Assembly: GCF_000179635.2 (NCBI RefSeq)
Contig: NC_014833.1
Coordinates: forward strand, 1-32,000
Origin: Ruminococcus albus 7 = DSM 20455
GTDB lineage: Bacteria > Bacillota > Clostridia > Oscillospirales > Ruminococcaceae
Direction: 5' to 3'
DNA length: 32,000 nt
A program made the position numbers and the translations under genes. Below the pieces are notes generated by a model, which worked only from the letters and a program-made list of their open reading frames with translations, searched no databases and was not told the origin of the DNA. Of the stretch, positions 17,220 through 26,670 are shown piece by piece; position 1 is the first letter of the stretch; each line of letters opens with the position of its first letter.

Positions 17220-19868
17220 ATGGGATTACTTGACAAACTGTTCGGCAATTACTCCAAAAAGGAGCTTGCCAAGATCGAACCTATCAAAAATAAGGTGCTG
17301 GAACTCGAGGAGAAGTATGCGGCTATGTCCGATACCGAACTGGGTGAACAGACCGCACTGCTGAAGAGCAAGGTGGATGATGCCTCGGGTCTTGATGATG
17401 TTCTGCCCGATGCACTGGCTGTATGCCGTGAGGCTGCGTGGAGAGTACTGGGCAAAAAGCCTTATCCCGTTCAGATAATCGGTGCTATCGTTCTTCATCA
17501 GGGACGTATCGCTGAGATGAAGACCGGTGAAGGTAAAACTCTGGTCGCTTGTCTTGCAGCGTATTCAAACTCACTTACAGGCAAGGGCGTACACGTTGTT
17601 ACTGTTAATGACTATCTGGCCAAATTCCAGTCAGAGGAAATGGGAAAGGTATTCAACTTCCTCAATACCTCTATAGGCTGTGTACTTTCAGGCATGGATA
17701 AGTCTGCTAAGAGAGTGGCTTACAACTGTGATATCACATACGGTACGAACTCAGAACTGGGCTTCGATTATCTGCGTGACAACATGGTAATATACAAGAA
17801 GGACAAGGTGCAGAGAGAGCACGCTTTCGCTATTGTGGACGAGGTGGACTCCATACTGATAGACGAAGCGAGAACTCCTCTTATAATCTCGGGTCAGGGC
17901 GATAAGTCCACCGAGCTTTACGGTCTGGCTGATAAGTTCGCCAAGACACTGAAGCCTGTTACCGTTATCGAAATGGATGACAAGATAGATAACGATACTC
18001 TCGACGGTGACTATATCATCGACGAAAAGGCAAAGACAGCAACTATCACCAAGAGCGGTGTCAAGAAGGCTGAAAAGGCTTTCCATGTTGACAACCTTAT
18101 GGATGCTGAAAATATGACCCTCGCGCATCACATCAATCAGGCGCTGAAAGCTAACGGCGTTATGAAAGAGGGCGTTGACTATATCGTTCGTGACGGTGAG
18201 GTACTCATCGTTGACGAATTTACAGGACGTGTTATGGACGGCAGACGTTTCAATGACGGTCTGCATCAGGCTATCGAGGCTAAGGAAGGCGTTGAGGTCA
18301 AGAGAGAATCCAAGACCATCGCTACCATAACATATCAGAACTATTTCAGACTTTACAACAAGCTGTCGGGTATGACAGGTACTGCGCTGACTGAGGAAGA
18401 TGAGTTCAGGGAGATATACAAGCTGGACGTTATCGAGATACCCACCAACAGACCTGTTATAAGAAAAGACCATCCCGATGTGGTATACAAGACCGAGGCA
18501 GGTAAGTTCGATGCTGTTATCGATAAGATAGTTGAATGCCACGAGAAAGGTCAGCCTGTACTGGTAGGTACTGTATCTATCGAGAAGTCTGAGTACCTTT
18601 CAAAGCTGCTGAAGAAGAAGGGCGTTCAGCATAACGTGCTCAACGCTAAATACCATGACAGAGAAGCTATGATAGTTGCACAGGCAGGTAAGTTCGGTGC
18701 TGTTACTATCGCTACCAACATGGCAGGACGTGGTACGGATATCACACTGGGCGGTAACGCTGAGTATCTGTCACTGGCAGCACTCCAGAAAGAGGGCTAT
18801 ACCGAGGAGCAGGCTGTTGAGGCAGCAAGCTATTCAAATACTGATGATGAGGAGATCCTCACTGCAAGAAAGAAGTACAGAGAGCTTTACAAGAAGTTCG
18901 ATGAAGAAGTAAAGGAAAAGGCTGAAAAGGTAAGAGAAGCCGGCGGTCTGTACATCATCGGTACTGAAAGACATGAGTCAAGACGTATCGACAACCAGCT
19001 GAGAGGACGTTCGGGACGTCAGGGTGACCCCGGCGAGAGCACATTCTTCCTCTCACTTGAAGATGACCTGATGAGAATATTCGGCGGTGACCGTATCACA
19101 GGTATGATGGATACACTGAATGTTGACGAGCATACTCCCATACAGTCAAGAATGCTTTCCAGCGTTATCGAATCTTCACAGAAGAAGATCGAGGGCAGAA
19201 ACTTCAATATAAGAAAGAACGTCCTCAACTACGATGACGTTATGAATACTCAGCGTGAGATAATCTACAGTCAGCGTCAGATGGTGCTCGACGGTGAGGA
19301 TCTGCATGAGTATATCGTACACATGATAAAGGATTTCGTTGATGATTCTGTAAATATGTACGTTCAGGGCGATATCGCTGATGACTGGAACCTTGTTGGT
19401 CTGAAAGAAAGACTCAATGGTCTGTTCACCACAGAGGATGATTTCAACTATACCGCTGAGGAAATGGACGAACTGACACGCGAGGATATCGTAAATACTC
19501 TCCAGGAAAGAGCTGAGAAGCTTTATGATGACAGAGAGCGTGAACTGGGCGAAGAGCTTCTGCATGAGATCGAGAGAGTTTGTCTGCTGAAGGTAGTTGA
19601 TACCAAGTGGATGGATCATATCGACGATATGGAAGAGCTGAAGAAGGGTATCGGTCTGAGAAGCTACGGTCAGAAGAACCCTGTTGTTGAGTACCGTATG
19701 GAAGGTATGGATATGTTCGATGCAATGATCGAATCTATCCGTGAGGATACTGTAAGGATGCTGTTCACCATAAAGGTAAGACAGCAGATAGCTCCTCAGA
19801 GACAGGAAGTTCTCAAGCCAATGGAGAATCATCATAATATGACCCTCCGCAAGCGCGAGAAGAATTAA
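17220..19868 (+). CDS. secA: preprotein translocase ATPase SecA
   Basis: 882-aa ORF with MKTGEGKTL Walker A, a [23 protein letters not shown]-like box and [10 protein letters not shown]. There is no Cys-rich zinc-binding C-terminal tail. Confidence 0.97.
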   Translation: MGLLDKLFGNYSKKELAKIEPIKNKVLELEEKYAAMSDTELGEQTALLKSKVDDASGLDDVLPDALAVCREAAWRVLGKKPYPVQIIGAIVLHQGRIAEMKTGEGKTLVACLAAYSNSLTGKGVHVVTVNDYLAKFQSEEMGKVFNFLNTSIGCVLSGMDKSAKRVAYNCDITYGTNSELGFDYLRDNMVIYKKDKVQREHAFAIVDEVDSILIDEARTPLIISGQGDKSTELYGLADKFAKTLKPVTVIEMDDKIDNDTLDGDYIIDEKAKTATITKSGVKKAEKAFHVDNLMDAENMTLAHHINQALKANGVMKEGVDYIVRDGEVLIVDEFTGRVMDGRRFNDGLHQAIEAKEGVEVKRESKTIATITYQNYFRLYNKLSGMTGTALTEEDEFREIYKLDVIEIPTNRPVIRKDHPDVVYKTEAGKFDAVIDKIVECHEKGQPVLVGTVSIEKSEYLSKLLKKKGVQHNVLNAKYHDREAMIVAQAGKFGAVTIATNMAGRGTDITLGGNAEYLSLAALQKEGYTEEQAVEAASYSNTDDEEILTARKKYRELYKKFDEEVKEKAEKVREAGGLYIIGTERHESRRIDNQLRGRSGRQGDPGESTFFLSLEDDLMRIFGGDRITGMMDTLNVDEHTPIQSRMLSSVIESSQKKIEGRNFNIRKNVLNYDDVMNTQREIIYSQRQMVLDGEDLHEYIVHMIKDFVDDSVNMYVQGDIADDWNLVGLKERLNGLFTTEDDFNYTAEEMDELTREDIVNTLQERAEKLYDDRERELGEELLHEIERVCLLKVVDTKWMDHIDDMEELKKGIGLRSYGQKNPVVEYRMEGMDMFDAMIESIREDTVRMLFTIKVRQQIAPQRQEVLKPMENHHNMTLRKREKN

Positions 19869-19890
19869 ACTGATATACTGAAAGCTTATG

Positions 19891-19921
19891 AACAGGACGG
19901 CAATATGACCGTCCTGTTTTC
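19891..19921 (+). terminator. rho-independent terminator after secA
   Basis: aacaggacgg, 8-nt loop, ccgtcctgtt, followed by tttt. The ORF-track ATG 19905 lies inside this hairpin. Confidence 0.8.
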
Positions 19922-19955
19922 GGATATAAATGATTATCAAAAGGAGAAAAGAGCG

Positions 19956-20813
19956 ATGGAAAGAAAATACGCACTGCTTGGCGAAAGTCTGAAGCACACC
20001 ATGTCACCGCCGATACACCGGAGGTTATTTGAACTGAAAAACAGGGAATTCACTTATGAGATAATCGAGCTGCCTCCCGAGGCACTGGAGGGTCATGCGG
20101 AGTATCTTAAAGCTCTCGCCGGATTCAATATAACCATACCCCATAAAATCGGTATTATACCTTATTGCGACAAGCTGGCTGATTCAGCTAAGAGATACAA
20201 TTCAGTAAACTGCGTAGACAACAAGGATGGCGTGCACACAGGCTATAATACGGACTGCGACGGTTTTCTTGCGACAATAAGGGCTATGGGTGCTGACCTT
20301 GGAGGAAAGGTACTGCTTATCGGCTGCGGCGGTGTAGGCAGAATGATGGCGATAGAAGCGGCGCTGGCAGGTGCTGACCTTGTGATTGCTGTACTGGAAA
20401 GTGATATACCTCTGGCAGAACAGGCTAAAAAGGAAATAATTGCCATGAAGTCTGATGCTAAGGTGACTATAGTAAAGAATACTGAGATAGATACATCCGT
20501 AAGCTATGACCTGCTTATGAATGCCTGCCCTGTGGGAATGTATCCCAGGGTCGAGGGCTGCCCTGTGAGTGATGAGGTTATAGAGGCTAGCAAGGCTGTA
20601 TTCGATGTTATATACAATCCCCGTGAAACTGTACTTATCAGAAAGGCGAGAGCTCTTGGCAAAAAAGCCGCAGGCGGAATGGCTATGCTGGTATGGCAGG
20701 CTGTTAAAGCCCACGAGATATGGGACAGCGATACCTATACTGACAGTGAGGTCCAGGCTATCATCGAGGAGATGGAGCTGCAGGTAGAAAAGGATTTTCC
20801 CATAGGCAAGTAA
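19956..20813 (+). CDS. aroE: shikimate dehydrogenase
   Basis: MERKYALLGESLKHTMSPPIH (a typical AroE N-terminus), NVTIPHK-like NITIPHK, NTD motif (YNTDCDGF) and a Rossmann GCGGVGR. ATG 19956 has AAGGAG 9 nt upstream. Confidence 0.9.
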   Translation: MERKYALLGESLKHTMSPPIHRRLFELKNREFTYEIIELPPEALEGHAEYLKALAGFNITIPHKIGIIPYCDKLADSAKRYNSVNCVDNKDGVHTGYNTDCDGFLATIRAMGADLGGKVLLIGCGGVGRMMAIEAALAGADLVIAVLESDIPLAEQAKKEIIAMKSDAKVTIVKNTEIDTSVSYDLLMNACPVGMYPRVEGCPVSDEVIEASKAVFDVIYNPRETVLIRKARALGKKAAGGMAMLVWQAVKAHEIWDSDTYTDSEVQAIIEEMELQVEKDFPIGK

Positions 20814-20821
20814 TATTATAT

Positions 20822-20855
20822 CCCGATGTGCAAAAGTGCATCGGGGTATTTTTTA
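20822..20855 (+). terminator. rho-independent terminator after aroE
   Basis: cccgatgtgc, AAAA loop, gtgcatcggg (includes G-U pairs), followed by a T-run at 20849-20854. Confidence 0.75.
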
Positions 20856-20917
20856 TGTATGACTGGTTCTTTTCAAAAAAAGAATTCGTTTACAATAGTA
20901 AATTATTTGTTATCTAC

Positions 20918-20946
20918 TTGAAAAGCACTTTTTTTTGGTGTATAAT
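20918..20946 (+). promoter_or_regulatory. sigma-A promoter for the epimerase gene
   Basis: TTGAAA (20918-20923), 17-nt spacer, TATAAT (20941-20946). Confidence 0.6.
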
Positions 20947-21073
20947 TATAGCAACAGAATATATAGTTTTTTTATGACCCTCTTATAGTTGCACATATAT
21001 AATTGAGGGATATATATATTCGGATATGAATAAGGGAAAAAAAGGAAAATGGGTAAAAAAGGAGTGTATGGAT

Positions 21074-22243
21074 ATGATGATAAGTGAGATAAGACAGGAA
21101 CTGACAGATCACATTATACCATTCTGGAACAAGCTGCGCGATGATGAGAACGGGGGATTCTACGGATACCTCAGCTACGGGCTGGAACTTGACAAGAAGG
21201 CAGATAAGGGTGTTATACTGCATTCGAGGATACTGTGGTTCTATTCAAACGCTTATATGACACTGGGCGGTGATGAGCTTCTTGACAATGCAAAGCACGC
21301 TTATGAGTTCATAAAGAACAACTGCATCGACTATGAATACGGTGGAGTATACTGGATGATGGACTTTGAGGGCAAGCCTGCGGATACCATGAAGCATACT
21401 TACAATATCGCTTTTGCTATATATGCGCTGTCAAGCTATTACAGAGCGAGCGGTGACAAGGAAGCTCTCGCGCTGGCATACAGGCTTTTTGAGGACATAG
21501 AAAAGAATACTCTTGATGAGTACGGCTACCGCGAAGCTTTTGACAGGCAGTGGAGGCTTGTGGATAATGAGGCGCTCAGCGAGAACGGTCTGAAGGCTGA
21601 CAAGACCATGAATGCTATACTTCACCTTATTGAAGCGTATACCGAGCTGTACAAGGCAGACGGTAACGAGAAGGTAGCTGACAGGCTGAAGTTCCAGCTG
21701 GGACAGATGAGGGATATAGTATATACCCCCGATACAAATGCGCTGAAGGTATTCTTTGATACAGCTTTCAATCTGGTCGGAGATATACATTCCTACGGGC
21801 ATGACATTGAAGCCACATGGCTTATGGACAGAGCCTGCGATGTACTGGGCGATGAGGATCTGAAAAAGCAGTTCGCTGAAATGGACCTGAAGATATCCCA
21901 TAATATACAGGATATAGCTCTTGAGGACGGTGCGCTGAACAATGAGCGCGACAAGAACGAGATAGACAAGACCCGCGTATGGTGGGTACAGGCTGAGGCT
22001 GTTGTGGGATTCATAAATGCTTATCAGCACAGCGGCGATGAAAAGTTCCTTGAATCTGCAAAGAGCGTATGGGAGAATATCAAGGAGTACATCATAGACA
22101 AGCGTGAGGGCGGTGAATGGTATTCCGAGGTCACCTTTGACCATACTCCTCACGACTATAAGGAAACGGTCGGTCCCTGGAAGTGTCCTTATCATAACGG
22201 CAGAATGTGTATGGAAGTCATCACACGCGGAGTAGATATCTGA
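21074..22243 (+). CDS. cellobiose 2-epimerase-like protein (N-acylglucosamine 2-epimerase / AGE superfamily)
   Basis: An (alpha/alpha)6-barrel AGE-family sequence. The N-terminus MMISEIRQELTDHIIPFWN matches my recollection of the characterised Ruminococcus albus cellobiose 2-epimerase. GGAG at 21061-21064 favours ATG 21074 (or 21068/21077) over the ORF-track 21026. Confidence 0.85.
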   Translation: MMISEIRQELTDHIIPFWNKLRDDENGGFYGYLSYGLELDKKADKGVILHSRILWFYSNAYMTLGGDELLDNAKHAYEFIKNNCIDYEYGGVYWMMDFEGKPADTMKHTYNIAFAIYALSSYYRASGDKEALALAYRLFEDIEKNTLDEYGYREAFDRQWRLVDNEALSENGLKADKTMNAILHLIEAYTELYKADGNEKVADRLKFQLGQMRDIVYTPDTNALKVFFDTAFNLVGDIHSYGHDIEATWLMDRACDVLGDEDLKKQFAEMDLKISHNIQDIALEDGALNNERDKNEIDKTRVWWVQAEAVVGFINAYQHSGDEKFLESAKSVWENIKEYIIDKREGGEWYSEVTFDHTPHDYKETVGPWKCPYHNGRMCMEVITRGVDI

Positions 22244-22266
22244 TATTCTTCCGAAAGGAGAACTAC

Positions 22267-23199
22267 ATGGAAAAAGCAGTCAAACTGCTTCACCGCACAC
22301 TAATTACTTTGTGCATTTTTATACTTGGCGGAAGCCTGATATATTACCTTACAAAGTGGGGAAGTCTGCCCGATGAACCGGGTATACATTTCGGTTCCGA
22401 TCAGGAGTTCGATGTATACGCCTCTAAGGTCTACGGATTTTATCCCCACCTGATGAGCGGCATCACCATAGGAATTGCGGCTTTTTCGGGGTGGCTGATC
22501 GGCAGGAAAAACACAGGACTTAATATCAGCGAAAAGGGCGAAAGGCTATTCAAGGCTGAGATAATGCTTACAATAGATGTCATAGCTTTGCTGGTAACCC
22601 TGACTTTCCTTGAATGGACGATGGCGGTATCACATCAGAGGGCGCTGGGCAATATCGCTCTCGTACTCATAAGCGCGGCGTTCATAGCGGGAGCTGTCGG
22701 GATAATCGCTGAGATAGTCACCGCAGTCAAATTCCGTAAGAAAAACGAACCTGCAAAGGGCACAGGAACTTTTCACCGTTCATGCAGGATAGCCGCGTGG
22801 CTTATAACGGGGTTTTCCGTTATACTGCTGATATTCATATGGGAAAGACTTCCCAATGATGACGTTACAGATCAGTATCACGGACTGGCATATTTTGCCA
22901 ACTTTGACGCTTATCTTGCAAAATGGCTGCTTCTTGTTCCATCTGCTGTTGTTATAGCTATACTGGCTGTGCTGGAAGTCATATCGGTAAGGGCGATGAA
23001 AAAAGACAGCAAGGCGCTGGTGAGATTCACCGACAGGCTGAAACTGATAAACGGTCTGTTCTTCTTCTGGTGGGATCTCATGCTGATGAGCGAAGCTGAG
23101 ATAGGCGCGGTATCGGTTTGTATATACGCAGGGCTGACAATACTTTATGCGGCACTGTATATCTTCCATAAAAAGGAATATAATCATACGGGCGCATAA
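22267..23199 (+). CDS. polytopic membrane protein (DUF1648-like N-terminal motif)
   Basis: RBS gaaaggag then ATG 22267. At least 7 hydrophobic helices. SLPDEPGIHFGSDQEFDVYASK resembles the DUF1648 signature; the family call is tentative. Confidence 0.75.
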   Translation: MEKAVKLLHRTLITLCIFILGGSLIYYLTKWGSLPDEPGIHFGSDQEFDVYASKVYGFYPHLMSGITIGIAAFSGWLIGRKNTGLNISEKGERLFKAEIMLTIDVIALLVTLTFLEWTMAVSHQRALGNIALVLISAAFIAGAVGIIAEIVTAVKFRKKNEPAKGTGTFHRSCRIAAWLITGFSVILLIFIWERLPNDDVTDQYHGLAYFANFDAYLAKWLLLVPSAVVIAILAVLEVISVRAMKKDSKALVRFTDRLKLINGLFFFWWDLMLMSEAEIGAVSVCIYAGLTILYAALYIFHKKEYNHTGA

Positions 23200-23248
23200 T
23201 GAACAACATATCAAAATCCAAGGGCATACCATAGAAAGGCAAATAAAA

Positions 23249-23935
23249 ATGTACAAGTACGAAACACATCTGCACACTGCGGAAACTTCCGCCTGCGCAT
23301 CGGCAACGGGCGCAGAACAGGCAAGACGTTATAAAGCAGAGGGATACAACGGTATATTTGTTACCGACCACTTTTTCAATTCTAATACCACTGTTCCGAG
23401 AGATATCTCATGGGATGAGAAAGTAATGCTTTACTGCAAGGGGTATGAAAATGCCAAGGCAGAGGGCGACAGGATAGGATTGAAAGTATTCTTCGGTATA
23501 GAGTACACTTATCAGGGGGCGGATATACTGGTATACGGTCTTGATAAGAGGTGGCTGCTGGCACATCCTGACTGTGACAGGGATTTTTATCAGTTCTGTT
23601 ATGATGCAAGGGCAGAGGGCGCACTGCTGATACACGCGCATCCTTTCCGTGAGGCAGACTATCTTCGTGAGATAAAGCTTCTGCCAAAGTGGGTGGACGG
23701 TGTTGAGGTATACAACAGCGGCAACTCGAAGGAAGTATACAACGAGCGTGCTGAGTGGTATGCAAAGCAGTACGGTTTTCGTATGACGGCAGGAACGGAC
23801 AATCACCATCTTGATAAGCCAAGTGAAAGACTTGCCGGCATTATCAGTGAGGTGAGGTTTGAATGTGCTGAGGATTATGCGGGTGCATTTTTTTCAGGCA
23901 GGGTAATACCGCTGTATCCGAAGGAACGGCTTTGA
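23249..23935 (+). CDS. PHP-domain metal-dependent phosphoesterase
   Basis: MYKYETHLHTAETSACA, IHAHPFR and GTDNHH are typical PHP His/Asp metal ligands. I set the start at ATG 23249; the ORF-track 23147 overlaps the previous gene. Confidence 0.85.
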   Translation: MYKYETHLHTAETSACASATGAEQARRYKAEGYNGIFVTDHFFNSNTTVPRDISWDEKVMLYCKGYENAKAEGDRIGLKVFFGIEYTYQGADILVYGLDKRWLLAHPDCDRDFYQFCYDARAEGALLIHAHPFREADYLREIKLLPKWVDGVEVYNSGNSKEVYNERAEWYAKQYGFRMTAGTDNHHLDKPSERLAGIISEVRFECAEDYAGAFFSGRVIPLYPKERL

Positions 23936-23943
23936 TATACAAA

Positions 23944-23959
23944 TGTTCTACGTGGAACA
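23944..23959. promoter_or_regulatory. parS-like site (one mismatch)
   Basis: TGTTCTACGTGGAACA, 9 nt after the PHP gene stop and flanked by aaa/tttt. Confidence 0.7.
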
Positions 23960-24002
23960 TTTTGGGGTATATACATTTTAAAAAGTAAGCGGCGGAAATA
24001 AT

Positions 24003-24045
24003 GCTTACCGGAATATATACATGAGATGGATATATTCCGGTAAGC
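24003..24045 (+). promoter_or_regulatory. perfect 16-bp inverted repeat in the GH5 gene leader
   Basis: GCTTACCGGAATATAT (24003-24018), 11 nt, ATATATTCCGGTAAGC (24030-24045), ending 5 nt before the RBS gaaggagga. No T-run follows. Confidence 0.6.
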
Positions 24046-24065
24046 AAGAAGAAGGAGGATGTTTT

Positions 24066-25286
24066 ATGAACAGCAAAAAAATAGGTGCTATGATAGCAGC
24101 AGCTGTGCTGAGTTTAAGTGTTATGACAGCCTGCGGCAACAAGGAAGATAGTTCAAAGGCAGACAAGAAATCTTCGACAGCAGTTGAGAACAGTGCTGCT
24201 GATGAGAGCGAGACAGAGAATGTACCTGTTTCTCAGACACATACAAACGATACGATGACAGTGACTTCGGCAAAGGACCTGGTAGCAAAGATGACCAACG
24301 GCTGGAATCTCGGAAATACTATGGATGCTACAGGTGAGGGTCTCGGATCGGAGGTTAGCTGGCTTCCTTTAAAGGTTACCACAAACAAGTACATGATAGA
24401 TATGCTGCCCGAAGCAGGATTCAATGTGCTTCGTATCCCCGTAAGCTGGGGCAACCATATTATCGACGATAAGTACACCATTGATCCTGCGTGGATGGAC
24501 AGAGTTCAGGAGATAGTAAACTACGGCATAGATAATGGACTTTATGTTATACTGAACACACATCACGAGGAATGGTATATGCCCAAGCCCAGCGAGAAGG
24601 ACGGCGATATTGAGGAGATCAAAGCTGTATGGGCACAGATAGCCGACCGTTTCAAGGGGTATGACGAGCATCTGATATTTGAAGGACTCAACGAACCCAG
24701 ACTTCGCGGAGAGGGCGCTGAATGGACAGGTACATCCGAAGCGAGAGAGATAATAAACGAGTACGAAAAAGCATTCGTTGAAACAGTAAGAGCATCCGGC
24801 GGAAACAATGGTGACAGATGCCTGATGATAACAGGCTATGCTGCATCGAGCGCATACAACAATCTTTCTGCTATTGAACTTCCCGAGGACAGTGACAAGC
24901 TGATAATCTCGGTACACGCATACCTGCCTTACTCATTTGCACTGGATACAAAGGGTACGGATAAGTATGACCCTGAGGATACAGCTATACCTGAGCTGTT
25001 TGAGCATCTCAACGAGCTTTTCATAAGCAAGGGCATACCTGTTATAGTAGGCGAATTCGGTACGATGAACAAGGAAAATACCGAGGACAGAGTAAAATGT
25101 CTGGAGGATTACCTTGCAGCTGCGGCAAAGTACGATATACCCTGTGTATGGTGGGATAACTATGCACGCATCGGTAACGGAGAGAATTTCGGTCTGATGA
25201 ACCGTGCTGATCTGGAATGGTATTTCCCTGATCTGATAGAGACTTTCAAGACTTATGCCGAGAAGGATCCGGCATCGGCTGAATGA
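24066..25286 (+). CDS. glycoside hydrolase family 5 endoglucanase-like lipoprotein
   Basis: Signal peptide with lipobox (LSLSVMTAC), a GH5 acid/base motif FEGLNEPR and a nucleophile region VGEFG. ATG 24066 has GAAGGAGGA upstream. Confidence 0.88.
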   Translation: MNSKKIGAMIAAAVLSLSVMTACGNKEDSSKADKKSSTAVENSAADESETENVPVSQTHTNDTMTVTSAKDLVAKMTNGWNLGNTMDATGEGLGSEVSWLPLKVTTNKYMIDMLPEAGFNVLRIPVSWGNHIIDDKYTIDPAWMDRVQEIVNYGIDNGLYVILNTHHEEWYMPKPSEKDGDIEEIKAVWAQIADRFKGYDEHLIFEGLNEPRLRGEGAEWTGTSEAREIINEYEKAFVETVRASGGNNGDRCLMITGYAASSAYNNLSAIELPEDSDKLIISVHAYLPYSFALDTKGTDKYDPEDTAIPELFEHLNELFISKGIPVIVGEFGTMNKENTEDRVKCLEDYLAAAAKYDIPCVWWDNYARIGNGENFGLMNRADLEWYFPDLIETFKTYAEKDPASAE

Positions 25287-25330
25287 TACAGTTAAGGATA
25301 TAATTATTTAAGATACGGAGCGTGGAAAAA

Positions 25331-26593
25331 ATGTCAACAGCATTCAGAGGGGCGGATATTCTTCTGCCAAAGGATACGGATATGAAAAAATGGGCTGTAG
25401 TTGCCTGCGACCAGTACACTTCTGAACCGGAATACTGGGACAGAGTTGAAAAGTACGTAGGGGATGCTAAAAGCGCCTATGATCTTATCCTGCCCGAGGT
25501 ATACCTGGAACAGCCGGGAGTAGATTACCGCATAGACAAGATACACCGCACAATGAATGAATATATTGAAAAAGGTGTATTTGAAGAATACAAGGATGCT
25601 ATGATATATATCGAGAGAGTGCAGTCCGACGGCAGAGTGAGAGCAGGTCTTATCGGCGGGATAGACCTGGAGCAGTACGAATACTACAAAGGCTCCGAAT
25701 CTCAGGTAAGGGCTACGGAGGCTACTGTTATCGAACGTATACCGCCCCGTATAAAGATACGCAAGGGCGCACCTGTGGAGCTGCCGCATATAATGATACT
25801 CATAGATGATGTGAAGAAACGCATCATTGAACCGCTGGCTGATAAGAAAGACGAATTCACCAAGCTATACGATTTTGACCTTATGGAGGGCGGCGGACAT
25901 ATAACAGGCTGGCTGCTGGATAAGGAAAACGAGGAGATCGTGCTGAGTCATCTGGAGCAGTTTTCAAAGCAGGAGGCTTTTGAACGCCGCTACGGTATAA
26001 AAGGCAGACAGCCCCTCACCTACGCTATGGGTGACGGAAACCACTCCCTTGCTACAGCTAAGGAATTTTATGAAACACTGAAACGTGCAGAGCCTGCTGC
26101 TGATCTTTCGGGACATCCTGCAAGATATGCACTGGTGGAGCTTGTGAATCTTCATTCGCCTGCACTGGAATTTGAAGCGATACACCGCATAGTTACTGAG
26201 GTGGATGCCGATAAGCTGGTGGATGAACTGACGAAAAAGCTGGAGCTTTCCGATAAGGAGAGCGAACAGGGCTTCGTTATAGTGCGCAACGGCGAGGAAA
26301 AAAAGGTTTATGTACACGCACCTTCTTCAAAGCTGACTGTCGGCTCTTTGCAGAATTTCCTGGATAACTATACTAAGGAATTCGGCGGAAAGACCGACTA
26401 CATACACGGTGCGGATGTAGTAAAAGAGCTTTCAAAGAAGAAAAATTCCATAGGCTTCTTACTCCCCGATATGGGTAAGGACGAGCTGTTCCCAACGGTC
26501 ATTGAGGACGGTGCACTGCCGAGAAAAACATTCTCAATGGGTCACGCGGCAGATAAGCGTTTCTATGTTGAGGCACGCAGGATAATAAAGTAA
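25331..26593 (+). CDS. DUF1015 domain-containing protein
   Basis: ~420 aa. The N-terminus FRGADILLPKD...WAVVACDQYTSEPEYW is typical of DUF1015. ATG 25331 is better spaced from ACGGAG than the ORF-track GTG 25322. Confidence 0.8.
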   Translation: MSTAFRGADILLPKDTDMKKWAVVACDQYTSEPEYWDRVEKYVGDAKSAYDLILPEVYLEQPGVDYRIDKIHRTMNEYIEKGVFEEYKDAMIYIERVQSDGRVRAGLIGGIDLEQYEYYKGSESQVRATEATVIERIPPRIKIRKGAPVELPHIMILIDDVKKRIIEPLADKKDEFTKLYDFDLMEGGGHITGWLLDKENEEIVLSHLEQFSKQEAFERRYGIKGRQPLTYAMGDGNHSLATAKEFYETLKRAEPAADLSGHPARYALVELVNLHSPALEFEAIHRIVTEVDADKLVDELTKKLELSDKESEQGFVIVRNGEEKKVYVHAPSSKLTVGSLQNFLDNYTKEFGGKTDYIHGADVVKELSKKKNSIGFLLPDMGKDELFPTVIEDGALPRKTFSMGHAADKRFYVEARRIIK

Positions 26594-26604
26594 TAAGAAT
26601 AAAG

Positions 26605-26636
26605 GCAGTCCGTTCAGTTCAGCGGACTGCTTTTTT
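26605..26636 (+). terminator. rho-independent terminator
   Basis: gcagtccg, loop, cggactgc, then TTTTTT. Confidence 0.8.
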
Positions 26637-26670
26637 ATATGTCAGGTATCTTATAATAAAGTCACAGCAC

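Noticed and set aside
19780-19868. SecA lacks the C-terminal Cys-rich zinc-binding tail
   Set aside because: This is visible in the sequence (no Cys in the tail), but such truncated C-termini occur naturally in SecA proteins. I did not consider it noteworthy without comparative data.
19905-19955. ORF-track N-terminal extensions: aroE 19905, epimerase 21026, membrane protein 22207, PHP 23147, GH5 24021, gyrA 8767, parA 15086, DUF1015 25322
   Set aside because: The extended starts lack RBSs, overlap upstream genes or lie inside terminator hairpins (19905 is inside the secA terminator). Internal starts have canonical GGAGG-type RBSs and give family-typical N-termini.
17751-19997. Long antisense ORFs opposite secA (17751-18542, 19176-19997). 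Similar ones lie opposite gyrB (5372-5902), the epimerase gene (21431-22195), GH5 (24369-24917), aroE (20202-20714) and others
   Set aside because: These are shadow ORFs on the opposite strand of clearly conserved genes. They have no RBS and no recognisable motifs.
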